A stretch of DNA of 64,000 bases, taken from contig NC_058368.1 of NCBI RefSeq assembly GCF_018350175.1, positions 65,784,001 through 65,848,000 of the forward strand, given 5' to 3'. The stretch is from Felis catus. Its lineage: Eukaryota. Below the pieces are notes generated by a model. The model did not search any database. It was not told where the DNA came from and saw nothing but the letters and a program-made list of their open reading frames with translations. The position numbers and the translations under genes are program-made. Positions 24,121 through 36,706 of the stretch are shown here, piece by piece (the stretch's first letter is position 1; every line of letters starts with the position of its first letter).

Positions 24121-27100
24121 GCCACATCAATCATACTTTCAATGAGGCTGCTCCCCCAAAGACTCATCCCTCAGTAAAATATACTCTATAGACAGATGCT
24201 GAAGTAAATTAATATGCCAACCTTTGATAGGCTGTCTCCTGCATTCACCTCAAAATTCCAGCAAATGATTGCAAGTTCATTTCCTCCCTGGATTTAAGAC
24301 CTGCATTTTTGTTCCTCTAGTTACATATGCTTTTGAGTTTAAATTGCTTGGCATCCTTTAAAGTTTGCAAAGCACCATGAAAAATCACTGAAATGAAAAG
24401 CACTAAAATATGTAAATTGTTGCTATTGTTCTTAAGTGCTTCTTCACATAGGATATGATCATTTCAAAGACAAAGTAAGATTTCTTTCATGTCAACAGCG
24501 TTTATGTTTACAGCATGGAATCAGTCTTCCATATATGAGCGTTACTACCTCTGTAAAGTTAAGAAAAAGTTGTTTTAAACTTTTGGGACTTATATTTCAG
24601 ATTCATTAACTTCTTTTTTCTTTCTTTCTGCCTTCTTGTTTTCTTCCCTCTATTTTTGTTGGAAGTTATGAGTCTGGAGGCAGTTGCAAAGCATGCGGTA
24701 ATAAAATTGTCAGTAAGTAACTGTATCTTCGACACTGGTTTATAGACTCTGATTTTATAAACCAGTTTAATTTTCTTTTAGTGTAAAATATAACAAATAT
24801 TGATTGGGGGACATGCACTCTGCTGTGTAGTATGTGAGCAAAGAGCTTCAAAGTTAATTCTTTAATATAGACAGATTATAAACTAGCACTCAGAGGCACA
24901 TCTTCAATTTGCTGAAAGGCTATTCCTGTGGCCTCTGGGTCATACTTAAGACAGTTCAGTCTCCCTTCCCCTCCCCCCCTTGCCCTGACATACTTATTAA
25001 AGACAAAAGTATATTCTTAGAGTGGCCAAACAGTGACAAATTTGAGATATTTTTCCCGTCGTCCTTACAAATTAGAAGCAGTCTAATGCAGTCCTGAAAT
25101 CGTACAGCCTTACAAAGCCAGGGAATTTTGTTGATCTTGTTTTTCCTGGTGTCTGCTTTTGGAAGCAAAACGACTATTCTCTCAGGAACCTTTGGTCAGA
25201 GTTACGACTGATGATCTGAGTCGATAAATGCTTCTTGACCTGTGGTCAGTGTAACAGCAAGGCTCTGGGGACGCGAGGTATCTGCTCAGAATGGAGCTGT
25301 AAGCGTGCATGTAGAAGGGCCTGGAAGAGCATGCAGGCAAAGGAGAAGAAAGCCTCCAAGGCCAGAGGGAAATGTATGGACTGGCAGGGAATTTGAAAAT
25401 AAAAGGTTATGCTTGACTTAGCTGTCACCTCTAAGGAAAGAAAACGAGGTTTTTCAAAAAATATTATGCAAATGTAAAAGTGACCTAACCAGCATTTATG
25501 GATAAATCCATATTCTTGTTCTGAGTCAGGCCTTGATCTTCTGGTGTACAGATAAAATGCAGATCAATTTACTCATTGCATGATTGGCGACCACACTAAT
25601 TGTGATTCATAACTGTCACCCACCATTTGTGCTATTTGAGAGCAATTCCGAGCGTAGGTAATTACGGTAGATTGCCCCTGTGCCAAGCAGACATTGCATA
25701 AATCCTTCAGCTGAGGTAAGACTGACAAGCTGTGAGTAATAGACTGCACCTTGGAACAGATTTATATTGGAGGCCCAGTTAGCTGGAGTACTTCACACTT
25801 TTCATTTCTCAATAACTTGACTGGAACTAAGGCAGTCAGTTATTTCCCAAATTCTCCATTTTCATGAAAGGATAATCAATAAAGAGCAACTATTAATTTA
25901 GAGTCACTCTGATAGAGCAGGACTAGACAGTTTTACTATGATATTGATTACTTCTGTAATTTACCACTGGTCCTAAATGCCAACGTGATCCAGGCACTTT
26001 GAAGGTCATTAGAAGCAAGTTGCTTCCTAGAAATGCAAGTTCACTCATTGGTTAGCACAAAGGCTTTGTGATCATGACACTTGGGTTCCTGGATTCTTCA
26101 AAGAGTGGCATAATTTCACCAATCACGCATCGCATCACACCCAAAGATCAAAGAATAAAGTTAAGAGGTGGTTCTTCTTTAAAGGTAAGGTTCTCTCAGT
26201 GAGGTTCAGTAATGATTCTAAGCCACGGCAGGACCTTGGGGAGCCAGCCAGTTGTTATCTTGCACTCGATCTTTTATGGAGGAGATTTCCACCCCAATCA
26301 GATGTCATGCAAAGAGCTCTCGACAAACAATGCTTTATACATGATGCAGGTTTCAAATCAAGTGTGCAAAGAAATCCTGGACATCCCTTCTCTCCAAAGT
26401 CCCCTAATTTCCCAGAGAATATCTCCGATGGGACATCTTGTGATTTCTAAAATCAAACATCTAGCACACAGAATTCATGAATTTTGTGAATTACAAATTC
26501 CATCAGTTACCTGCCTTTCCCCAGGACCATGTTACTGTGCTAGCATTCTTTGGACCACCTGCTTTCTCTACAAGAAGATTTGAGATTTTGGAGTAATTGT
26601 CCAAGTCTTCATCTCTTTTATCCTTTCTTATCTAGATCATTGCTGAATCCTGCAAGACTTTTTTCCTTTATCTTGTTCCATGAGCTTCTGCCACATCCAT
26701 TCTAAGGGTTTCCTCAAATGGAATGGCAGTAAGTGACGGCCATACCATTGTTCATCAGGATTATTGTACTTGCCTCATAGTATCTATTCCCTTTGCAGTT
26801 CTCTCAGTAGATTTCCCCCTGGCCAATCACCTATTCACCTGAAGCCAAGTGAGCCTCTTTTGACTTTTTCAACCATAATGGCTTCTCATTTGGTTTTCAG
26901 TCCCAAACTGCCAAGCTTTAATACATACCAGATCCTTTGGCTACAAATATTCTCCCTCTCCAAAACAAATCAAAACCTTTGGTTTTACAAAACACTACCT
27001 TTGTTATATGAAATAATAAACTGCAGTTTTAAGATGATATGTGATTGTTATATTTTGTTATATTTGATCTTGCCTACTTTTTAGTATGTCTTTTTAAATA

Positions 27101-27287
27101 ATTTATGTGACTTAGTTTTTAAAATGGACCTTGCTAGCTCTAACCACAGTAAAGGATGTGATTCACATCTACTAGGAATAAATTAGTTAACACCACTGAT
27201 GAACTAACAAAATTTGAGACTCTCTGAGGTGTTGGTTATAGCATTTTTTGATCATTTTTTTTTACATGTTAAAATTATTTGGGAGGA

Positions 27288-27521
27288 GTGGTGCCTGGCC
27301 GGCTTAGTCAGTAGAGCATATGACTCTTGATCTCAGGGTGGTGACTTCACCCATGTTTGGTGTAGAAATGTCTTAAAAATAAAATCTTGGTTCAAGTCAT
27401 GATGTCACAGTTGTGAGATTGAGCCCCACATCGGGTTCTGCGCTGGGCAAGGAGCCTTCCTGGGATTCTCCAAGATTCTCTCCCTTGCTCTCTGCCCATC
27501 CCCTGTGCACACACTCTCTCA

Positions 27522-27552
<31 letters not shown>

Positions 27553-27570
27553 AATTTTTAGAAAAAAATT
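27288..27570 (+). mobile_element. Composite SINE: short old tRNA-Lys-like SINEC (~27288-27388) joined to a 5'-truncated Can-SINE with (TAAA)n tail
   Basis: ggtgcctggccggcttagtcagtagagcatatgactcttgatctcaggg...aaaaataaaatctt is followed directly by ggttcaagtcatgatgtcacagttgtgagattgagccccacatcggg. Confidence 0.8.
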
Positions 27571-27706
27571 GTGAGAAGACATACACATATAATAGAGGCC
27601 AGCTATAACCAGATTCTTGACAAATATTGGTTAACAAAGATTGTGTAGAGTTAATGGTAGAAGGGGTAGATGTTCAAGGCCAAAGTCAAAAGAGTAAAAG
27701 GAAAAA

Positions 27707-27843
27707 AATATATATATATATTTTATATATATAAATATAATAAATATAATATAATATATATATTATATATATAATAAATATAATATATATATAAATATAT
27801 ATATTATATATATATAATATATATATTTATATATATGTATATA
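27707..27843. repeat. AT-only low-complexity tract
   Basis: Direct reading: nearly pure A/T, degenerate (TA)n. Confidence 0.9.
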
Positions 27844-29989
27844 AAATCCTGGAAGATTAGAATCAAGTCCTTTAGTAAAAAGTTAGTTGCAGATAAAAAT
27901 GAGTGGTTAGTGGATGTTTTCATAACTCTCATAAGATATATCTTGATGTCTATCTAGTTGGAAAAGATTAATGTTTCATAGGCTATGGACCATTGTCTGT
28001 TCATGAAGCTATATAAAAACAAATAAATAACATAGTATCTTTTTTATCACGAAGTCCATATGTTCTGCGGAAGGGCAACTTACTTGGTTTTTTAAGTATT
28101 GGAAATCTCCATGCTTACAAATACATGTAACCAAATATCACAGTTGAAGGTGCATTGAAGGCAGTTGAAGACATTTAAGAATTTTTCAAGTAGGGTATAC
28201 AAGGAAGTCAGTTTTATTCCCCTTACCTTCGTATGTGTTATTTAGATTGTAAACTTTTTAAAAAAGTAAGATGACTATAACCTACATTTCCACTCACCTA
28301 TGTTCTAGAAGATAGAATCATATTGAGGGACAAAGCTTAACCTCTAAATTAATATATTGCCTCAGATTACATGCATTACTTCTTAGTGCAGGTTAATCTT
28401 TTGGGGGTAATTATGGTCCCATTTAACAAAAATGCACAATGGTGAATTACAGGGTACCCTAGAGATACAGAGATATAGAACAACTAATGAATCCCAAAGG
28501 TGTCTTATCTGATTTTAGTGCTGACCTCTTAAATGTAAAATCATCGCTGTTATCCCTGTTGAAAGAATTTTTAGTTTATGGAATGGGCCTGTGCCTCCAA
28601 GAATAACACAGTGCTGTTCTTAAGTTGTATCACTTTTCCTGAAAGTTAACTTTTTGATATGATGAAAAAAAGTCAACATTTGTGAAACTCAGCCTTTTAG
28701 CCCAGATACAACCCTGTCACCTATGTGAGTACAGCATCAGCTCAATGACAAACGGGCCATAAGTGACTGCAACATGGTAGTTGGTGCAAAATTTTGATAT
28801 CTCACTCAAATCCTACCGTGGGTGTTCTAAGATTTTGACATGGTCCAAGGTCAATTTGCAAGAGTGAAAAAGCTGTGTTCTAAGTTGTTTATGTTCCTGT
28901 ATAGTATTTCTGTTTCTATTAGATCTTAAGTTTGTAACAACTGCTTGCAGACCATCATTTAGCAAAAGAAGTGGATCATTAGAATCAGTATTTTGTCTTT
29001 TTTTTTCAGTGAAAATAAAAAAGAAATTGAAGGAAATTTGTGGAAGTATACTGAAAATTAGGACATATGGCATGGTGCTATTGATAATGGATTTTTCATG
29101 TGTACTTGGCAAGGGGGTCTGAAATGTTTCCTTTGTTAAAAATGTCGAATTAATCAATTTCATGAAAGTAAAAGATTATTTCATAGTATGTTGCATTATG
29201 CCCAAGGAAAATTATTTTAAATGAACTTGAATTTGGGGAAGGAGAAGGAAAGATGAGGCAAGGAGATACTGTAAGCATTTTCATCACCAAATCAGCATTA
29301 AAAATATTGAGGTGTTTGTCATAAGAATTTTTACAAAAGAAACATTGTTTGTGGACAGTTTGCCAACATAGTCTTGTAAGATAACGTTTCCTGTGACTGG
29401 CTTCATTCTCCTGAAGTAAAACACATATGTTTATCACCTTAAACTTGGCTTAAGACCAAACAAATACAATTGTTACTGGTGGCAAAAGGACCAGCTTGCT
29501 CTGGATCACTCATTTTTAGCTCAGTAGACACCCTGATGGATTCAAAACTGAAATGCAGTGCTACAGAATATACCATTTTTAACTCCGTGGTGGTGACATT
29601 GGACTCATTGGGCAGTGCTTGGGCTCAGCTCCCTACAACTCGCATTGATATCATTTTTTGAACATTAATCCTCTGGGACATAATTGTTCCTTTTTTAATA
29701 ATCAGTATGCTAAACATTGTATGACTGGGAAGCTACTGCCTGAAAAGAGATGTAGCGTAATGAAGGTACTCCTTTTTGAGATAATTTTAGCTGCTTATCA
29801 GAGCAGCGACAGCTGTATTTTGGACTTAGGGTTTCTATTTAATGCACTGTGGAAAAGCAACAAGTACTCCAGCAGAAAATCATATTTTGTTGAAAGAAGT
29901 AAAGCAAAATGAGCTACGGTTCTATACTAAGGAATCTTAAAACAGGGAAAATGTAACTTGGGAGCATATATTTTTCAGTGTTCTGACTC

Positions 29990-29991
<2 letters not shown>

Positions 29992-30020
<29 letters not shown>
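29992..30020. repeat. Poly-T tract
   Basis: About 29 consecutive T. Confidence 0.95.
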
Positions 30021-30022
<2 letters not shown>

Positions 30023-30799
30023 TTTGTACTTGTATATTGCTTCAGAGTAAAAATATTTTTGGAATCCTTATCAGTCAGAAAAACATCATCAATCAAAATT
30101 AGTTGGATTCTGTAGCTAAAATAATCCCATTTCACTCGCTTGTGGAATGGCTGTTGAGGCTTTATTTTTACAAGCAAATGGCAAATGCTTGCTCCAATGT
30201 ATAGCTGATGCAAATTAAGTGTATCCTCTATTTCACAAATGAAGGGAGAATTATTGGAAACACTCTTTCCCTGATCAGTAAAAACTGATTACCATCAAAG
30301 AAGGGCCTGATTACTAACCACCAGCTTAGTGTTCAGCCGGAACATCTGGCCAACTCAGAGGGGAAAATTTGCTGAGCTTAAGAAATGTTTATTCCAACTT
30401 TCAACTCATGCATGTATAGAACACAGATGAGGAAACATCTGATGTCCTTCGGATTTCTGTTGTTAAACAAATGTAACTCATCTTCAAGCAAAAATTGAGT
30501 AAGTTTGTTTCCTCATTGATTTGACTTCTTAAGCTCTTTAGTAACAAGGACTAGAAAAAAAAAGGGTAAGAAAACTAAGAGTGATTAGAGCCCTTAAAAA
30601 TATCTAAAGGATGTTACATTTCTTCATATATACTTTGATCTAAGTGGACTTGTATTAGTTTAATTTAATTTATGTTGTTGAGTGCATGCCACACTCTAGG
30701 CACAGAACCTTGTGCATCCTGGAGACCGTGAGCTCAGTACCTACCCATGCTTTGACTGCAACACTATTGCTCTGATTTACGCCCTGTCTGTGGCTGACA

Positions 30800-31110
30800 C
30801 AGGTCCTCCTACCCCTTAGTGCTTGGCTATTACTAACCTGCAGAGCAAATGACTCTGCTTAGTGTCATTTGCCCTGAGAATCCTTCCTTGACCATTCAAG
30901 AGTAGGTCCATAGAGTAATTAAGGTTATCTGTTCCTTATGTATAGTTGGCATCCGGATTTCTTATTTGCTTCCCAATCCTCTCCACCCAGCTGTAAATAT
31001 AATCCAGTGACTGTGTTTTCATTCACCATTGGATTTCAGGCTCCAGAACTGAGCCTGAGCCATACCAGTCACTTGGTAAATATTGGTTGAATGAACTAAT
31101 GAATCAATGA
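30800..31110 (+). mobile_element. L2 3' fragment
   Basis: Ends ...gtaaatattggttgaatgaactaatgaat, the L2 terminal (TGAA)n motif. Confidence 0.6.
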
Positions 31111-31182
31111 AAGAAACACCTCTTGTGTCCTCAGGGCAGTTTCATCTAACAAAGAAAGTATGGATAACAATGACAATGAGGC

Positions 31183-31385
31183 AGGGCACCTGGGTAGCTC
31201 AGTTGGTTAAGTATCCGACTTTGGCTTAGGTCATGATCTCACGGTTCATGAATTGAGCTCCACATTGGGCTCTGCACTGACAGCTCAGAGGCTGCTTGGG
31301 ATTCCCTCTCTCCCTCTCTCTCTCTGCCATTGCCTGACTCTTGCTTGTTCTCTCTCTCTCTCTCAAAATAAATAAACTTAAAAAC
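31183..31385 (+). mobile_element. Can-SINE
   Basis: Head gggcacctgggtagctcag; degenerate TSD aatgacaatgaggca / aatgacagtaaggca. Confidence 0.93.
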
Positions 31386-33029
31386 AAATGACAGTAAGGC
31401 AAAGCAGAGTAAGGGAAATGCTGAAAGAGAAATAGGAAAAGAGTGGGTATGTATAGTCATGGCCATCAGGACATTCTTCATAGGGGAATTGGTTTTGGAG
31501 AGACATGTTGGGCTAAGTAGGTTACTAATAAGAATTGTATTTTTTTATCCATTCTTTTTATTTTAACTTAATTTTGAAAGAAGTACACATTCATGGTAAA
31601 GTATTCAGTCCTCAGTCATCTTTGGGTTGTTCTCTGCAATGTTGTTTTTTTTTTTTTTCCTTCAGTTTCTTTCAAGAAAAGGATGCGCTTTTACCAGATT
31701 CTGACCTGGCAGCTTCATGGAATTACTTTTTCCCACTACAAAAGTGGGATTGAAACCCTAATTTCCAAAAACATAGTAGCTAGCTAAAATTAGCATGGAT
31801 TTAGTGTTCTGGGTCAACTTAAAGGGACATGTGAACATCAGCTAAAAAGAAAAAAAAAGTTTCTAAATCCTGTAAATCTCAGTGGGAATTTTTCATTGGC
31901 TCGCTCCACTACAATCTTTTTCTCAAGGATAAGGTTTTCTAAGTCAATATTTTCCTAAAAGCCTGCCCTTTTGTCTACCACTAAATATGGTAGTCTTTGT
32001 TTCTTCAATGACCATGTGAGAACAGAAGGAAAATTTCTTCTCAGAGAAGACAGAGCAAAGAAATATATCCTTCTTGCCAAAGGTGATCCCAGCTTACTAG
32101 CATGAAGGAATGCACACTTTCTCTAAATGGAATGTGCTATGCTTTCTGAAGTTGACCCCATTTATTTAGTCTTACGAAATAGCTGGTAAAGTGATCCAGG
32201 GTAGAGAGAAGGGCAAGCTGTGAAGAGCCTGCTGAGCTTGGCGAATCAGGAGTTGTGGAGGGTGGCAGTGGCCTCTGGGAGCAGAGGTGCTCCGGTCAGG
32301 GAGGATCCCCTTCTCTGCCACTCCCTGCTCCCCAGCCTCTTGGCATTGTTTTCGTCTCTCACTCCCCTTCCTCTGATACCTGTTTGCCTGCCTTCTGCCT
32401 CCACCCTGACCCCTTCCAGAGTTTCTCATTAGCATTTTTCTCTTGTCCCGTTCACTTGCTTTTTTTTCTTTGTTCTTATGCTGTGGTTATTTAGGGGGTG
32501 GTTTGGCATCTCCACCAGAAAGCGGTTGAAGGCAGAGAAGGTGGCATGCGTGCAAAAGCTCTGAGTGGGTGTAGACCCGGGAAGGCTGATGTATACTTCA
32601 CCCTCTAAGTGGGGAAGTCAGTATTTTCTGACGTTGGTAAGCATCAGCATCCCCTGGGAAGCAAAAAGTGCTTCATCTCTACCCCAGACCTTCTGGGGCT
32701 TAGATTTATGTATTTATGGAGCAAGTAGCTGAGAACTGCTTGGCGTTGGGGGAGGGCATAACCTACCGGTCTGTTATCCTGGGCTGCATGTTAAAACCGA
32801 ACATTCCTGAGCAAAAATGGATAGTTGGTCGCCCTGTTTAGGGACAAAGACCAGAGCCTAAACCAAGTCCACCATCTACTTTGTCTTTCAATCCTAATTA
32901 GTCTTAAAAAATCCTCACAAATCTATACTTTAGGGATATAAAATAGACCTATTACTTATTTTTATTTTTAGATAGGCCTCAGTTATTCCAGGAGTAAATG
33001 TATGTGTGTATATATATATTTATGTATAT

Positions 33030-33135
33030 GCAGTAATCTCATGAGATTGATTTTAGAATTACATGAGATTACAAGATACATGTAAGGCACTTAACACAGT
33101 GCCTAATCTAAGTGCTCACTAAATATTAGCTAGTA
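33030..33135 (+). mobile_element. MIR 3' fragment
   Basis: gatacatgtaaggcacttaacacagtgcct...taagtgctcactaaatattagcta matches the MIR core and tail. Confidence 0.75.
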
Positions 33136-33348
33136 GGGGCGCCTGGGTGGCGCAGTTGGTTAAGCGTCCGACTTCAGCCAGGTCATGATCTCGCGGTCCG
33201 TGAGTTCGAGCCCCGCGTCAGGCTCTGGGCTGATGGCTCAGAGCCTGGAGCCTGTTTCCGATTCTGTGTCTCCCTCTCTCTCTGCCCCTCCCCCGTTCAT
33301 GCTCTGTCTCTCTCTGTCCCAAAAATAAATAAACGTTGAAAAAAAAAA
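33136..33348 (+). mobile_element. Young SINEC_Fc
   Basis: Near-identical to the 5768 copy; TSD aaatattagctagta (33121-33135) / aaatattagctatta (33346-33360). Confidence 0.97.
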
Positions 33349-33899
33349 TATTAGCTATTAATTCCCTGAATGCCCAAAGGTATTTCCTTCTTGCCTTCTT
33401 AAAATACAAACCTCTGGTGAAGGAGGGGTCTCACTGGTCTTCTAAACTGACAGCTGGTCTGATACTACCAGAGTTTCTTCAAGCTGAGGAACTGAGCTGT
33501 TTTATACTATCCCCTTCAGAGCTGGGCCTTCTGGCCAGTGTGCCAGAATTTTCTCTCTCTCCACTCTCAGCAAGCGGCTCCTGGAGAGACTTATGCCTGC
33601 TCTGTACATTCATCTGGTTTAGGGGCTTCTCCACACTCGGCCACAGCAGGAGAGGGAGGCTTCTCATTTCTTTCTGGATTCTTCTGTGGATGTTGACGAT
33701 TTTTTTCAGTGGATATCTGTGCCAAGGTTCAGTGATAGCTGTTCGAAATTTGCCTGCACAAGTCAGCTTTCCAAATTCTTTAACTAGTTCTCAGCACTTA
33801 AGCTCAATATTAATATTAAACCAAGACCTACTGCGAGAAATTAAGTCTTTTCTGTCCACGTGCTCTCTTGGTCAAAAAGGGGTTACAGTAATTTGGCAC

Positions 33900-35060
33900 T
33901 GATTTAAGCAGCTTTCGTCAGGATGGCTTATAATTTGCTGACCAGTTGAAACACAAACCAAAGCACAGCACTCTAGGGAGACAAGGATGCACATCATAAC
34001 CTCACCCGGTGCTCCTTGCCACCCGCCTTATCCTTAGTCTCAGCAACCTGTTTTGGTCGCAGACACCATGGTCTTTGTTCACCCTGTTTCATGCTAACCC
34101 GAATGCATCTGCCCACGGACTGCCAGAATAACCAAACCTGTCGTCCGTACCAGCAAGTTGTTTCAGTCACTTAGATGGAAATCAAGTCACCTACAAGGTC
34201 AGGAAGTAAGTCAGTGAACTAACCGGAAACACAACCCAAGACGACGGACTCCCAGCTCTGGGCACTGCGCTAGATCACGCTTCCTTCCTCGGTGAAAGGC
34301 TTCCCATGGCAGGAAGAACCAGAGAGCAAGCCTCTCAATTATAGATGACTGTTTGTCTCATTTTCCCTCCGTGGCTAATTGGAGATGTAGGGGAGAGCTG
34401 CTCTCCTGGCTTCATGTCCCCTTTCAGGTCTGACGTCTCACCCGCGACGGGGGCAACACTGCAATTTCATTTCGTTAAGGGTCAAACGGAGCGGACTCTG
34501 AGGAGTCCCAGAATTACAGGTTCTATGTCCTGGTTCACACTGAGGTCTGCAGTTCACTCTTTGTTTACCCTTTTCAACTAAAATAAATAACTTTAAAAAG
34601 TCTGCCGCATGCTGTGCATAGTTGATAGGAAAGAACTGTGGACGGCTGAGGAGAAACCGTCACAATATTTGACTACCAGCTAAAGAAAATGGTGTTAAGT
34701 TCCCTACCCTTATGAATTTTAAATGGGGGGTGGAGGGGGGATCAAACGGGTTAGGTTTGATACTAAAAGTTTGGGGGTTATTGTATGATAAAGATGAGGA
34801 TTCTGGTGGGTAGAGCCCAGTTGCCAAATCTACATTTCTGCTTGGGGCAGTGACTCACGAATCATATTTTTGAAGGAGAATTCGTACATATCTGACAATA
34901 TGCTTTTTGCATGTAGTGCTTTTCCTTTTCCATTTCCTTTTCTACAGTATTTGCTCAGGGGTCTTTGAGAACGAAGCCCCTAAACTATGAATAAAATGTC
35001 CCTAATGATAAAGAAAAGTAATGACGTCAACTCACACTGGATAACTGTAGGATGACTCAT
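33900..35060. promoter_or_regulatory. Candidate enhancer (CRE, AP-1 and ETS motifs, local CpG retention)
   Basis: TGACGTCA 35022-35029; TGACTCA 35053-35059 and 34851-34857; CAGGAAGT ~34200; ACCGGAAA ~34222. No repeat is recognisable. Function is inferred only. Confidence 0.4.
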
Positions 35061-36364
35061 TATACTGGATATTTTTTGCTCTATGTACAAAAAATCAAGC
35101 ATTGCTTAGGTTTAGACCTGTCTGTGAGAACCCCGTTTTATCGCCGTCATCCAAAAGAGTTATTGATGACTAGGTTGTACGTTAGACTGAAAAATGTCCA
35201 TTCGGTTTTGCAACAGCTAAAGCCCTATGTTTCCTGCTTATTCACTCCTGTCTTTCAGATAATATGGAGCGCATGCATAGTATGGAATTTTCATGTACAG
35301 AAATGAAGGGCTTCGATTGGAAAGTCTAACCTTGAACATCCGGAGGTGGGCAGCGAGGCACCATTTCAGAGGGTAGTGCTGTAAGAGGAGATGTGCTTTG
35401 GAGATAGTCAAGGGCAGTCAAAGCAGAAGGAAGAGAAGCAAGAAAACAGAAGTCTGTGTCAATGCTTCTGTAATAGTCTATGTGGGAAAAAAAAACAAAG
35501 ATAAAGCAAACAAAATGTTGTCATAGACGCTTGGTTGCAAAGAGGGAGTAATCAAATTCCAAAATGTCAGTCCTGCACAGGCTTTGCTGGGCCCATTCTT
35601 CTCCCCATTCTTCAGATTAAGATCTGTCTCTGAAAGACTGAGAGACAGGTGCCCCATCACAGTGTCATTCTCATGAGTTGTCTGCTGGCCCAGAGTCTGG
35701 ACTTCTTGACTCCTTCCCCCATCCATTTTTACGATGACACACTGCCTTTAGGAATGAGTAGAGCATTAGGAAAAGTTGGAGTCCCATCAAATGTAAGAAT
35801 TCTTTCTATTCAGAGCTTATATTCTCTATTGCTTACATTGTGAGACATTTTTTCCTTAATTCCTTCCAATATATAGTAGACAGATAGGACACTGTTTATC
35901 CTTGCCAAGAAAGCTCTTGTATGAAAATTTAGCCCCAAAACAAGTGGAGAATAAGAAATGGAGATAGTTTTAAGATAAAGTAGTAAAGTACTACTCTAGT
36001 TAGTGTGTTTACTTAGCTTATGTATACATTTCAACTTGTTCTATTTAGCTTATATAGGCCAAGAATTTTTCAGCAGATTAAAAATAGTCCATGTGTCCTT
36101 TACTTCTGTATGACTGAAGGGTTCCTGGGGACTGTTAAATTGCCTCTTTGCCAAATTTCTTAGCTAATCAGAAGCCAGAGTAGCTTCTCTCTCATGATTT
36201 TCTCACCTACTTTTCATTGGCTCAGTCTATGGCCTTCAACTAGGCAACCTCTTTGGGGAATATTATCTGTGATTTCCACAGCCATCAAACCATTACCTGC
36301 CCTGCTTCCCTCACCAGGGTGTCTTCTTATTAGACTTTACTAAGCAAGGAGTCTCAAAAGACTG

Positions 36365-36706
36365 CTGTTAGCACTGGCTTCCATAACAAAGTACCAAAGA
36401 CTGGGTGGCATAAAGAATATATTTCTTACAGTTCTGGAGGCTAGAAAACCCAAGGTCGAGGTGCCACAGATTTAGTTCCTGGTGATTGCCCTCTTCCAAG
36501 GCCTGCAGATGGCCATCTTCTCACTTTGATCTCACAAGACAAAGAGAGTGACTTACTATCTCTTCTTCTTCTTACAAGAACACTTATCCCATCAGAGAGA
36601 CCAGACCTTCATGATCATAACAAAATGTAACTACCTCCCAATGGCCCCATCAGCTTAGGGTTTCAACACAGGAATTTGAGGGGGTTGCACACATGTAGCC
36701 TGTAAC
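36365..36706 (-). mobile_element. MLT1 (MaLR) solo LTR
   Basis: ccataacaaagtaccaaagactgggtggc...cagttctggaggctagaa...gcagatggccatcttctc...agggtttcaacacaggaatttgagggg...taaca. Confidence 0.88.

Noticed and set aside
25249..25270. tgtaacagcaa resembling the 5' end of miR-194
   Set aside because: Only 11 nt match, the remainder diverges, and I see no precursor hairpin.
27288..27365. tRNA-Lys gene
   Set aside because: Degenerate, and continues into a SINE tail. It is a tRNA-derived SINE head.
33336..33902. Longest ORF (188 aa)
   Set aside because: It starts at a TTG in a SINE tail, has Leu/Ser-rich composition typical of random non-coding DNA, and shows no recognisable domain.
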